Of a DNA stretch of 64,000 nucleotides, positions 1 to 11,674 are shown piece after piece (the stretch's first letter is position 1; every line of letters begins with the position of its first letter). The DNA lies in assembly GCF_039654945.1 (NCBI RefSeq), contig NW_027361819.1, positions 2,418,001 to 2,482,000 on the forward strand, written 5' to 3'. This DNA is from Dendrobates tinctorius. Lineage: Eukaryota. The notes under the pieces were generated by a model. That model was not told the DNA's origin. It did no database searches and worked only from the letters and a program-made list of their open reading frames with translations. Position numbers and translations under genes: made by a program.

Positions 1-1734
1 TATAACTACTATAATACTGCACCCTATGTACAAGAATATAGCTACTATAATACTGCCCCCTATGTACAAGAATATAACTACTATAATACTGCCCCCTATG
101 TACAAGAATATAACTACTATAATACTGCCCTCTATGTACAAGAATATAACTACTATAATACTGCCCCCTATGTACAAGAATATAACTACTATAATACTGC
201 ACCCTATGTACAAGAATATAGCTACTATAATACTGCCCCCTATGTACAAGAATATAACTACTATAATACTGCCCCCTATGTACAAGAATATAACTACTAT
301 AATACTGCCCCTATGTACAAGAATATAACTACTATAATACTGCCCCCTATGTACAAGAATATAACTACTATAATACTGCACCCTATGTACAAGAATATAG
401 CTACTATAATACTGCCCCCTATGTACAAGAATATAACTACTATAATACTGCCCCCTATGTACAAGAATATAACTACTATAATACTGCCCTCTATGTACAA
501 GAATATAACTACTATAATACTGCCCTCTATGTACAAGAATATAACTACTATAATACTGCCCCCTATGTACAAGAATATAACTACTATAATACTGCTCCTA
601 TGTACAAGAATATAACTACTATAATACTGCCACCTATGTACAAGAATATAACTACTATAATACTGCCCCCTATGTACAAGAATATAACTACTATAATACT
701 GTCCCCTATGTACAAGAATATAACTACTATAATACTGCCCCTATGTACAAGAATATAACTACTATAATACTGCCCCCTATGTACAAGAATATAACTACTA
801 TAATACTGTCCCCTATGTACAAGAATATAACTACTATAATACTGCCACCTATGTACAAGAATATAACTACTATAATACTGCCCCCTATGTACAAGAATAT
901 AACTACTATAATACTGTCCCCTATGTACAAGAATATAACTACTATAATACTGCCACCTATGTACAAGAATATAACTACTATAATACTGCCCCCTATGTAC
1001 AAGAATATAACTACTATAATACTGTCCCCTATGTACAAGAATATAACTACTATAATACTGCCCTCTATGTACAAGAATATAACTACTATAATACTGCCCT
1101 CTATGTACAAGAATATAACTACTATAATACTGCCCCCTATGTACAAGAATATAACTACTATAATACTGCTCCTATGTACAAGAATATAACTACTATAATA
1201 CTGCCACCTATGTACAAGAATATAACTACTATAATACTGCCCCCTATGTACAAGAATATAACTACTATAATACTGCCCCCTATGTACAAGAATATAACTA
1301 CTATAATACTGCCCCCTATGTACAAGAATATAACTACTATAATACTGCCCCCTATGTACAAGAATATAACTACTATAATACTGCTCCTATGTACAAGAAT
1401 ATAACTACTATAATACTGCCCTCTATGTACAAGAATATAACTACTATAATACTGCCCTCTATGTACAAGAATATAACTACTATAATACTGCCCCCTATGT
1501 ACAAGAATATAACTACTATAATACTGCCACCTATGTACAAGAATATAACTACTATAATACTGCCCCCTATGTACAAGAATATAACTACTATAATACTGCT
1601 CCTATGTACAAGAATATAACTACTATAATACTGCCACCTATGTACAAGAATATAACTACTATAATACTGCCCCCTATGTACAAGAATATAACTACTATAA
1701 TACTGCTCCTATGTACAAGAATATAACTACTATA
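1..1734 (+). repeat. 36-bp (35-bp variants) tandem minisatellite ATGTACAAGAATATAACTACTATAATACTGCCCCCT, left arm
   Basis: Unit read directly; ~48 copies; runs off the window start and ends at the TA preceding a Tc1 TIR. Confidence 0.97.
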
Positions 1735-3246
1735 CAGTGGGTATGGAAAGTATTCAGACCCCTTTACATTTTTCACTCTTTGCTTCATTGCAGCCATTTG
1801 GTAAATTCTATAAAGTTCATGTTTTTCTCTCTTTAATGTACACTCTGCATCTCATCTTGACTGAAAAAAACCCAGAAATGTAGAAATTTTTGCAAATTAA
1901 TTAAAAAAGAAAATTTGAAATCTCCCATGGCCATAAGTATTCAGCCCCTTTGCTCAGTATTGAGACGACGCACCTTTTGAGCTAGTACAGCCATGAGTCT
2001 TCTTGGGAATGACGCCACAAGTTTTTCACGCCTGGATTTGGGGATCCTCGGCCATTCTTCCTTGCAGATCCTCTCCAGTTCCATCAGGTTGGATGGTGAG
2101 CGTTGGTGGACAGCCATTTTCTGGTCTCTCCAGAGATGCTCCGTTGGGTTTAGGTCAGGGCTCTGGCTGGGCCGGTCAAGAATGGTCACAGAGTTGTTCT
2201 GAAGCCACGTGGTCCTTTGTTATTTTAGCTGTGTGCTTAGGGTCATTGTCTTGTTGGAAGGTGAACCGTCGGCCAAGTCTGAGGTCCAGAGCGCTCTGGA
2301 AGAGGTTTTTATCCAGGATCTCTCTGTACTTGGCCACATTCATGTTTCCTTGCCTGGTTTTCTCCACACATACTGCTTAGAATTATCACCAAAAAGCTCT
2401 ATCTTCGTCTCATCAGACCAGAGAATCTTATTTCTCATAGTCTGGGAGTCCTTCATGTGTTTTTTAGCAAACTCTATGCAGACTTTCATATGTCTGGCAC
2501 TGAGGAGAAGCTTCCGTTGGGCCACTCTGCCATAAAGACCCGACTGGTGGAGGGCTTAAGTGATAGTTGACTTTGTGGAACTTTCTCCCATCTCCCTACT
2601 GCATCTGTGGAGCTCAGCCACAGTGATCTTGGGGTTCTTCTTTACCTCTCTCACCAAGGCTCTTCTCCCACGATTGCTCAGTTTGGCTGGACGGCCAGGT
2701 CTAGGAAGACTTCTGGTGGTCCCAAACTTCTTACATTTAAGGATTATGGAGGCCACTGTGCTCTTAGGAACCTTGAGTAGAGCAGAAATTCTTTTGTAAC
2801 CTTGGCCAGATCTGTGCCTTGCCACAATTCTGTCTCTGAGCTCCTTGGCCAGTTCTTTTGACCTCATGATTCTCATTTGGTCTGACATGCACTGTGAGCT
2901 GTGAGGTCTTATATAGACAGGTGTGCACCTTTACAAATCAAGTCCTATCAGTTTAATTACACACAGCTGGACTCCAATGAAGGAGTAGAACCATCTCAAG
3001 GAGGATCACAAGGAATGGACAGCATGGGACTTACATATGAGTGTCCGAGCAAAGGGTCTGAATACTTATGTCCATGGGATATTTCAGTTATTCTTTCTAC
3101 ATTTCTTTTTTTTTTTTTCTTTCAGTCAAGATGGGGTGCAGAGTGTCCATTAATAAGAAAAAAGGAACTTTCCTGAATTTACCAAATGGCTACAATGAAA
3201 CAGAGTGAAAAATGTAAAGGGGTCTGAATACTTTCTGCACCCACTG
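1735..3246 (-). mobile_element. Decayed Tc1-like DNA transposon with IR/DR-type (~220 bp) inverted termini
   Basis: Ends CAGTGGGTATGGAAAGTATTCAGACCCCTTT / AAAGGGGTCTGAATACTTTCTGCACCCACTG; inner direct repeats at ~1933-1955 and ~3047-3069; frameshifted and deleted transposase pieces ([49 protein letters not shown]). Confidence 0.93.
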
Positions 3247-6200
3247 TTATAGTAGTTATATTCTTGTACATAGGGGGCAGTATTATAGTAGTTATATTCT
3301 TGTACATAGGAGCAGTATTATAGTAGTTATATTCTTGTACATAGGAGCAGTATTATAGTAGTTATATTCTTGTACATAGGGGGCAGTATTATAGTAGTTA
3401 TATTCTTGTACATAGGAGTAGTATTATAGTAGTTATATTCTTGTACATAGGGGGCAGTATTATAGTAGTTATATTCTTGTACATAGGAGCAGTATTATAG
3501 TAGTTATATTCTTGTACATAGGAGCAGTATTATAGTAGTTATATTCTTGTACATAGGGGGCAGTATTATAGTAGTTATATTCTTGTACATAGGAGCAGTA
3601 TTATAGTAGTTATATTCTTGTACATAGGAGCAGTATTATAGTAGTTATATTCTTGTACATAGGGGGCAGTATTATAGTAGTTATATTCTTGTACATAGGA
3701 GTAGTATTATAGTAGTTATATTCTTGTACATAGGAGCAGTATTATAGTAGTTATATTCTTGTACATAGGGGGCAGTATTATAGTAGTTATATTCTTGTAC
3801 ATAGGAGTAGTATTATAGTAGTTATATTCTTGTACATAGGGGCAGTATTATAGTAGTTATATTCTTGTACATAGGGGGCAGTATTATAGTAGTTATATTC
3901 TTGTACATAGGGGGCAGTATTGTAGTAGTTATATTCTTGTACATAGGAGCAGTATTATAGTAGTTATATTCTTGCACATAGGGGCAGTATTATAGTAGTT
4001 ATATTCTTGTACATAGGAGCAGTATTATAGTAGTTATATTCTTGTATATAGGGAGCAGTATTATAGTTATATTCTTGTACATAGGGGGCAGTATTATAGT
4101 AGTTATATTCTTGTACATAGGAGCAGTATTATAGTAGTTATATTCTTGTACATAGGAGCAGTATTATAGTAGTTATATTGTACATAGGGGCAGTATTATA
4201 GTAGTTATATTCTTGTACATAGGGGGCAGTATTATAGTAGTTATATTCTTGTACATAGGAGCAGTATTATAGTAGTTATATTCTTGTATATAGGGAGCAG
4301 TATTATAATTATATTCTTGTACATAGGGGGCAGTATTATAGTAGTTATATTCTTGTACATAGGAGCAGTATTATAGTAGTTATATTCTTGTACATAGGAG
4401 CAGTATTATAGTAGTTATATTGTACATAGGGGCAGTATTATAGTAGTTATATTCTTGTACATAGGGGGCAGTATTATAGTAGTTATATTCTTGTACATAG
4501 GAGCAGTATTATAGTAGTTATATTCTTGTACATAGGGGCAGTATTATAGTAGTTATATTCTTGTACATAGGGGCAGTATTATAGTAGTTATATTCTTGTA
4601 CATAGGAGCAGTATTATAGTAGTTATATTCTTGTACATAGGGGGCAGTATTATAGTGGTTATATTCTTATACATAGGGGCAGTATTATAGTAGTTATATT
4701 CTTGTACATAGGGGGCAGTATTATAGTAGTTATATTCTTGTACATAGGGGCAGTATTATAGTAGTTATATTCTTGTACATAGGAGCAGTATTATAGTAGT
4801 TATATTCTTGTACATAGGAGCAGTATTATAGTAGTTATATTCTTGTACATAGGGAGCAGTATTATAGTAGTTATATTCTTGTACATAGGAGCAGTATTAT
4901 AGTAGTTATATTCTTGTACATAGGAGCAGTATTATAGTAGTTATATTCTTGTACATAGGGAGCAGTATTATAGTAGTTATATTCTTGTATATAGGAGCAG
5001 TATTATAGTAGTTATATTCTTGTACATAGGGGCAGTATTATAGTAGTTATATTGTACATAGGGGCAGTATTATAGTAGTTATATTCTTGTACATAGGAGC
5101 AGTATTATAGTAGTTATATTCTTGTGCATGGGGGGCAGTATTATAGTAGTTATATTGTACATAGGGGCAGTATTATAGTAGTTATATTCTTGTCCATAGG
5201 GGCAGTATTGTAGTAGTTATATTCCTGTACATAGGAGCAGTATTATAGTAGTTATATTCTTGTGCATGGGGGGCAGTATTATAGTAGTTATATTGTACAT
5301 AGGGGCAGTATTATAGTAGTTATATTCTTGTATATAGGGGGCAGTATTATAGTAGTTATATTCTTGTACATAGGAGCAGTATTATAGTAGTTATATTCTT
5401 GTGCATGGGGGGCAGTATTATAGTAGTTATATTGTACATAGGGGCAGTATTATAGTAGTTATATTCTTGTATATAGGGGGCAGTATTATAGTAGTTATAT
5501 TCTTGTACATAGGAGCAGTATTATAGTAGTTATATTCTTGTATATAGGGAGCAGTATTATAGTTATATTCTTGTACATAGGGGGCAGTATTATAGTAGTT
5601 ATATTCTTGTACATAGGAGCAGTATTATAGTAGTTATATTCTTGTACATAGGAGCAGTATTATAGTAGTTATATTCTTGTACATAGGGAGCAGTATTATA
5701 GTAGTTATATTCTTGTACATAGGGGCAGTATTATAGTAGTTATATTCTTGTACATAGGAGCAGTATTATAGTAGTTATATTCTTGTACATAGGGAGCAGT
5801 ATTATAGTAGTTATATTCTTGTACATAGGGGCAGTATTATAGTAGTTATATTGTACATAGGGGCAGTATTATAGTAGTTATATTCTTGTACATAGGAGCA
5901 GTATTATAGTAGTTATATTCTTGTGCATGGGGGGCAGTATTATAGTAGTTATATTGTACAATAGGGGCAGTATTATAGTAGTTATATTCTTGTCCATAGG
6001 GGCAGTATTGTAGTAGTTATATTCCTGTACATAGGGGGCAGTATTATAGTAGTTATATTCTTGTATATAGGGGCAGTATTATAGTAGTTATATTCTTGTA
6101 TATAGGAGCAGTATTATAGTAGTTATATTCTTGTACATAGGAGCAGTATTATAGTAGTTATATTCTTGTACATAGGAGCAGTATTATAGTAGTTATATTC

Positions 6201-6290
6201 TTGTACATAGGGGCAGTATTATAGTAGTTATATTCTTGTACATAGGGGGCAGTATTATAGCAGTTATATTCTTGTATATGGGAGCGGCAT
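3247..6290 (-). repeat. Same 36/35-bp minisatellite in the opposite orientation (right arm)
   Basis: Unit AGGGGGCAGTATTATAGTAGTTATATTCTTGTACAT is the reverse complement of the left array; ~85 copies, degenerating towards 6290. Confidence 0.97.
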
Positions 6291-6328
6291 TATTTTATTC
6301 CATGTGACGCTTCTTTTGTTCTCACCCA

Positions 6329-6879
6329 TCACTCTTTGCCAGGCTTATTCTTCCTCTTGTTTTCCGTCTTCTGCAGTTTCTCCACAATCTTCCTCTCGTG
6401 GCCCCCGGGGTTGTCTTTATTCGTGTTCTCTTGGGCCTCTTTCTTCGTCCGTCCCTTCCTGGCTGTTGACGTTACTGTGAGGATGAAGAATGCTGGTTAG
6501 CGGTGAGGCCAGTGCTGGGTGTGGGTTGTCTCCTGGCCCCCGGCGCCCTCATCACTCTGGTTCCTGTGAGTATTCCAGCACAGATCTGCCAGATGAGCCC
6601 CATAATCAGCGCTCTGTATAATGGCTGCGCTGGCCCTTTAAAGTGGGAGATTTTGCGCCATAACGCTGATTGCAGCGTGTGACGTGAGCTACGGTATTAT
6701 TATATGTCCCCTGTACAGGTGAAGCTCCCCCATTCGCGGGGTGATTATATGGGGGCTCCCGGGGTCAAAGGTTACTTACAGGCGTAGCGGTCGGTGAGGT
6801 TGTAGTAGTCGTAGTCGTCGAAGTACCGCACCTCGAATTCGGTGGGCTGCAGCTTGTCGGCCTGTACGTAGGAGGTCAT
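6329..6879 (-). CDS. NUPR1: Nuclear protein 1 (p8), 81 aa, two coding exons: 6879-6780 and 6474-6329
   Basis: Not in the ORF track; translated by hand: MTSYVQADKLQPTEFEVRYFDDYDYYNLTDRYA|LTSTARKGRTKKEAQENTNKDNPGGHERKIVEKLQKTENKRKNKPGKE*. Carries the p8 motif RKGRTK..NTN...GGHERK. Kozak GCCACCATG; GT-AG intron in phase; a further donor (GTGAG, 6325) follows the stop, like the non-coding third exon of mammalian NUPR1; adjacent to SGF29 as in mammals. Confidence 0.93.
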
Positions 6880-6953
6880 GGTGGCGTCTCTGGGGGTCTC
6901 GTCTGTCACTCGCTGATTCTCAGGTTGTTTTTGTGTCTCTTCTTTGTCTGGAG

Positions 6954-7020
6954 TTTATATTGGAGAAATCTCCGCCCACTCAGTCCAGCTCCGCCCCCGG
7001 CCACGCCCCACATTGCATCA
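6954..7020 (-). promoter_or_regulatory. NUPR1 promoter: TATA box, GC boxes and C/EBP-ATF (AARE/CARE) element
   Basis: TATAAA at 6959-6954 (-), CCGCCC at ~6972 and ~6991, TGATGCAAT at 7020-7012 (-), an exact AARE core; NUPR1 is an established ATF4 target. Confidence 0.75.
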
Positions 7021-7052
7021 GACTCAGTGTTTACATCTGATTACAGCATCGT

Positions 7053-8190
7053 CTGCAGAATCACACCCCGTACTGCCCTGCAGAGCGTCTCACCTGGGGA
7101 ATCACACCCCGTACTGCCCTGCAGAGCGTCTCACCTGGGGAATCACACCCCGTACTGCCCTGCAGAGCGTCTCACCTGGGGAATCCCACCCCGTGCTGCC
7201 CTGCAGAGCGTCTCACCTGGGGAATCACACCCCGTACTGCCCTGCAGAGCGTCTCACCTGGGGAATCACACCCCGTAGTGCTCTGCAGAGCGTCTCACCT
7301 GGGGAATCACACCCCGTACTGCCCTGCAGAGCGTCTCACCTGGGGAATCACACCCCGTACTGCCCTGCAGAGCGTCTCACCTGGGGAATCACACCCTGTA
7401 TGGCTCTGCAGAGCATCTCACCTGGGGAATCACACCCCGTACTGCCCTGCAGAGCATCTCACCTGGGGAATCACATCCTGTACTGCCCTGCAGAGCGTCT
7501 CACCTGGGGAATCACACCCCGTACTGCTCTGCGGAGCGTCTCACCTAAGGAATCACACCCCGTACTGCTCTGCAGAGCGTCTCACCTGAGGAATCACACC
7601 CCGTACTGCTCTGCAGAGCGTCTCACCTGAGGAATCTCACCCCGTACTGCTCTGCAGAGCGTCTCACCTGAGGAATCACACCCCGTACTGCCCTGCAGAG
7701 CGTCTCACCTGGGGAATCACACCCCGTACTGCTCTGCAGAGCGTCTCACCTGGGGAATCACACCCCTTACTGCCCTGCAGAGCGTATCACCTGAGGAATC
7801 ACACCCCGTACTGCTCTGCAGAGCGTCTCACCTGGGGAATCACACCCCTTAAAGCTCTGCAGAGCATCTCACCTGGGGAATCACACCCCGTACTGCCCTG
7901 CAGAGCATCTCACCTGGGGAATCACACCCCGTACTGCCCTGTAGAGCGTCTCACCTGGGGAATCACACCCTGTATGGCTCTGCAGAGCATCTCACCTGGG
8001 GAATCACACCCTGTACTGCTCTGCAGAGCGTCTCACCTGGGGAATCACACCCTGTACTGCCCTGCAGAACGTTTCACCTGGGGAATAACACCCCGTACTG
8101 CCCTGCAGAGCATCTCACCTGGGGAATCACACCCTGTACTTCTCTGCAGAGTGTCTCATCTGGGGAATAACACCATACTGCTCTTCAGAG
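7053..8190. repeat. 41-bp minisatellite CTGCAGAGCGTCTCACCTGGGGAATCACACCCCGTACTGCC
   Basis: 41-bp period read directly, ~27 copies, just upstream of the NUPR1 promoter. Confidence 0.95.
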
Positions 8191-9345
8191 CGTCTCATTA
8201 TAACAGCGTTGTGCAGAACATTGCGCCATATTTTCAGGACACTTGTTTTGACTGTCGCACGTGTTGCTCTGCAGAGCGTCACATTCTGCTAAGGCTCGAG
8301 TCTCCGTATTCTGCAGAGCGTTGCAATCTTTTACAGTAATTTGCAGAATATTGCCGCTTTTTTGAAGTTGCAGATTTTGAGAGAAGGCTGCGGCGTGACC
8401 CACCCACAACGGCCATGTCTGCATTAACCCCTCCGGTGCCGGCGAGCTGCAGGGTGATGTAAGCGGATGGCGCGGAGAGCAGAGTCACATCTGCCGCTGA
8501 GTCCTGGTTTCCACTCACGGGACGGCAGCGGCGTTAACCCTGCGTTCACGATGAGGGATTAACGCTTTCTAACAATGTCATGTCTTCGGAGACGTTGCTG
8601 TAATTTTCCAGATTCTTGCCTGGGGCGGAGCGGGGCTGGCGATCGTCCACCGCAAACATGGCAGCAAATAAACAGGAGAGCGCGGGGAGGAGAGGACGGG
8701 GATGTTTGCGTTCCCAGTAATGAGTAACAGCGGACAGTCCGTCACATAACACCTGCAAGTCACATAACACCTGCCCCAATATGGCCTCCGTCCCCGCTGC
8801 CACCCAGCTTTCCCGGATGCCTGAGCGCCAATGAGGTCTGCAGGAATACACCTCGCTGGAGAAGACTGTGGGGATGGCTGGACAGGCAGACGATATCATG
8901 GTGGGCACCCAGCGACAGCGCTAAACACCACTAATGACTGATGGAGAGCTGTGTGAAGAACCAGACCTAGGTGGTGACCCCATGGGGCGGCCATGCTGGT
9001 GGTCACCCAGCTTTCTCAGACATTACTATAACAAGAGGACGAGTCCGGGATTGTGGGGGACATTGTGATTGCAGCTCTGAGGATGAGAACCTCCGGGCCA
9101 CGTGTCATCATCAGCACAGACTGAGTCACTCCGGTCAGGGCGCCTCGTCCTCCGCCGCCGAGCACGTGACGGTCTGTCAACAAACAACAGCGGCAGCATG
9201 TGGCCCCGAGGCGGCAGGCCTGTGCAAAAGTGTTAGGCGGGTGTGGAAAACGTGCTGGAAAGTAACAAGTCTCATACAGAAGGGGTGACATTAATGAGGG
9301 AAATACAGAGTGACTGAAGAGAAATGAAAAACCATCAGGAAAGAA

Positions 9346-10565
9346 GATGGAGGTGACCGGACACTGATGATGGAGGTGACCGGATACTAAATATGGAGGT
9401 GACCAGACACTGATGACAGAGGTGACCGGATACTGATGACGGAGGTGACCGGATACTGATGATGGAGGTGACTGGACACTGATGATGGAGGTGACCGGAC
9501 ACTGATGATGGAGGTGACCGGACACTGATGATAGAGGTGACCGGATACTGATGATGGAGGTGACCGGATACTGATGATGGAGGTGACCAGACTCTGATGA
9601 TGGAGGTGACCGGACACTGATGATGGAGGTGACCGGACACTGATGACGGAGGTGACCGGACACTGATGACGGAGGTGACCGGACACTGATGACGGAGGTG
9701 ACCGGACACTGATGATGGAGGTGACCGGATACTAAATATGGAGGTGACCAGACACTGATGACAGAGGTGACCGGATACTGATGACGGAGGTGACCGGATA
9801 CTGATGATGGAGGTGACCGGACACTGATGATGGAGGTGACCGGACACTGATGATGGAGGTGACCGGATACTGATGATAGAGGTGACCGGATACTGATGAT
9901 GGAGGTGACCGGATACTGATGATGGAGGTGACCAGACTCTGATGATGGAGGTGACCGGACACTGATGACGGAGGTGACCGGACACTGATGACGGAGGTGA
10001 CCGGATACTGAATATGGAGGTGACCGGATACTGAATATGGAGGTGACCGGATACTGATGATGGAGGTGACCAGACTCTGATGATGGAGGTGAGACACTGA
10101 TGACGGAGGAGACCGGACACTGATGACGGAGGTGACCGGACACTGATGACGGAGGAGACCGGACACTGATGACGGAGGAGACCGGACACTGATGACGGAG
10201 GTGACCGGACACTGATGACGGAGGTGACCGGATACTGATGACAGAGGTGACCGGATACTGATGACGGAGGTGACCAGACTCTGATGATGGAGGTGACCGG
10301 ACACTGATGATGGAGGTGACCGGACACTGATGACGGAGGAGACCGGACACTGATGACGGAGGTGACCGGACACTGATGACGGAGGAGACCGGACACTGAT
10401 GACGGAGGAGACCGGACACTGATGACGGAGGAGACCGGACACTGATGACGGAGGAGACCGGACACTGATGACGGAGGTGACCGGACACTGATGACGGAGG
10501 TGATCGGACACTGATGACGGAGACCAGATACTGATGACGGAGGAGACCGGACACCGATGACGGAG
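9346..10565. repeat. 23-bp minisatellite CTGATGA(C/T)GGAGGTGACCGGACA
   Basis: 23-bp period, ~53 copies; explains the 527/376/259-aa repetitive ORFs. Confidence 0.95.
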
Positions 10566-10779
10566 GCTGTGGGTCCTTCTCTTTGCTGTAGTGATCCATT
10601 AACCCTTCTATGGCTGAAGGCTCGCGCCGGTTCTTACTCTGCCCCTTCTTCCTGGCTGTCGCTTGCAGCCATAATCAGCGCGTCGCTCCGGCCCAATACG
10701 ACTTTTGTGTTGAGGGTCCGGAGTCGCCGTGTAGCCCCGGGCTAAGGGCCTGTTCACACCCGCCTGTCTCTGACGCCGC

Positions 10780-11260
10780 GGTTACGGATGTCGCAGGCCC
10801 TGATTGGTTCCGCCATCTTTCCGGTGGTCTGGGTGCAGCAGTCACAGAGACCTGTAATGTCTGAGGGAAAAATCCAGAAAAACAACTAAAATTATTAACA
10901 TTAACACTACTAACAACAGAAACCTTCCCGCATGCGCAGTTCACGGCTGCCGAAACCTGCCCTCCCGGCATGCCCCGCGAGCTCCCCGCGCGGTCTCCAT
11001 GGTTACAGTGTCGTCATCACTCCGCGCCGCCGTCCGGTCGCGCTGCCCTGCGCTTGTTCTCGGCGGCCAGGCCCGCTCTGCCCGGTAAGTGCCGCTGTTC
11101 TGTGTCGCGATATTATTGCCTCCTGCGCAGGCGTGTGTCGCGATATATAACGCTCCACCTCCCGGCCCTCAGCTAGTAATCCAGATGGCTGAGGCGTGTG
11201 AGGAGGACGCGGTGTGCAGCTTGGCTGCCTTGGCGCTGTATGTATCGCGATAGAGCACGG
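10780..11260 (+). promoter_or_regulatory. CpG-rich promoter and probable non-coding exon 1 of SGF29
   Basis: CpG-dense; ATTGG at ~10803, NRF1-like GCATGCGCA ~10930, RFX-like GTCTCCATGGTTAC ~10993-11006, donor CCG|GTAAGT at ~11085, TCGCGA elements at 11103, 11136 and 11243. Confidence 0.65.
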
Positions 11261-11674
11261 CTCTGGGGTTTGATTATTATGGATTGAGCTAAGGTTCGCT
11301 GTGATGACGGCAATGTGCTACATGAGGGGGACTATAAGTCTCAGCATGCCTGGGCCGCATGTCCTAGGTTATGAGACCATGTATATATCAATGTATTACC
11401 TCACGGGCTGCAGGACTTCAACTCCCAGCATCCTCCTCCCCCCTCCCCAATGCAAAGACTACAACTCCCAGCATGCTCGGCGAGCCTTTTGAACATTGGA
11501 GCATGCTGGGAGTTGTAGTCCAGGCCCAGTTCCAGCGCGGTGGGCGTCTTGTACACCGTCCCCCCCCCCCCCCCCTGCAATCAGTTTTCGCCTTTTCATC
11601 TCTGTCGCTCTGTGAATCATCTTGACTTCACCTTCTCTTTTCTTTCCCTCGCAAGGACGATAAAGGAAGCGGAG

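Noticed and set aside
9016-10599. Repetitive Ser/His/Cys ORFs
   Set aside because: 23-bp minisatellite open in several frames with no recognisable domain.
6600-10681. Shared 13-mer CCATAATCAGCGC at 6600-6612 and 10669-10681
   Set aside because: A few such matches are expected by chance in this much unique sequence.
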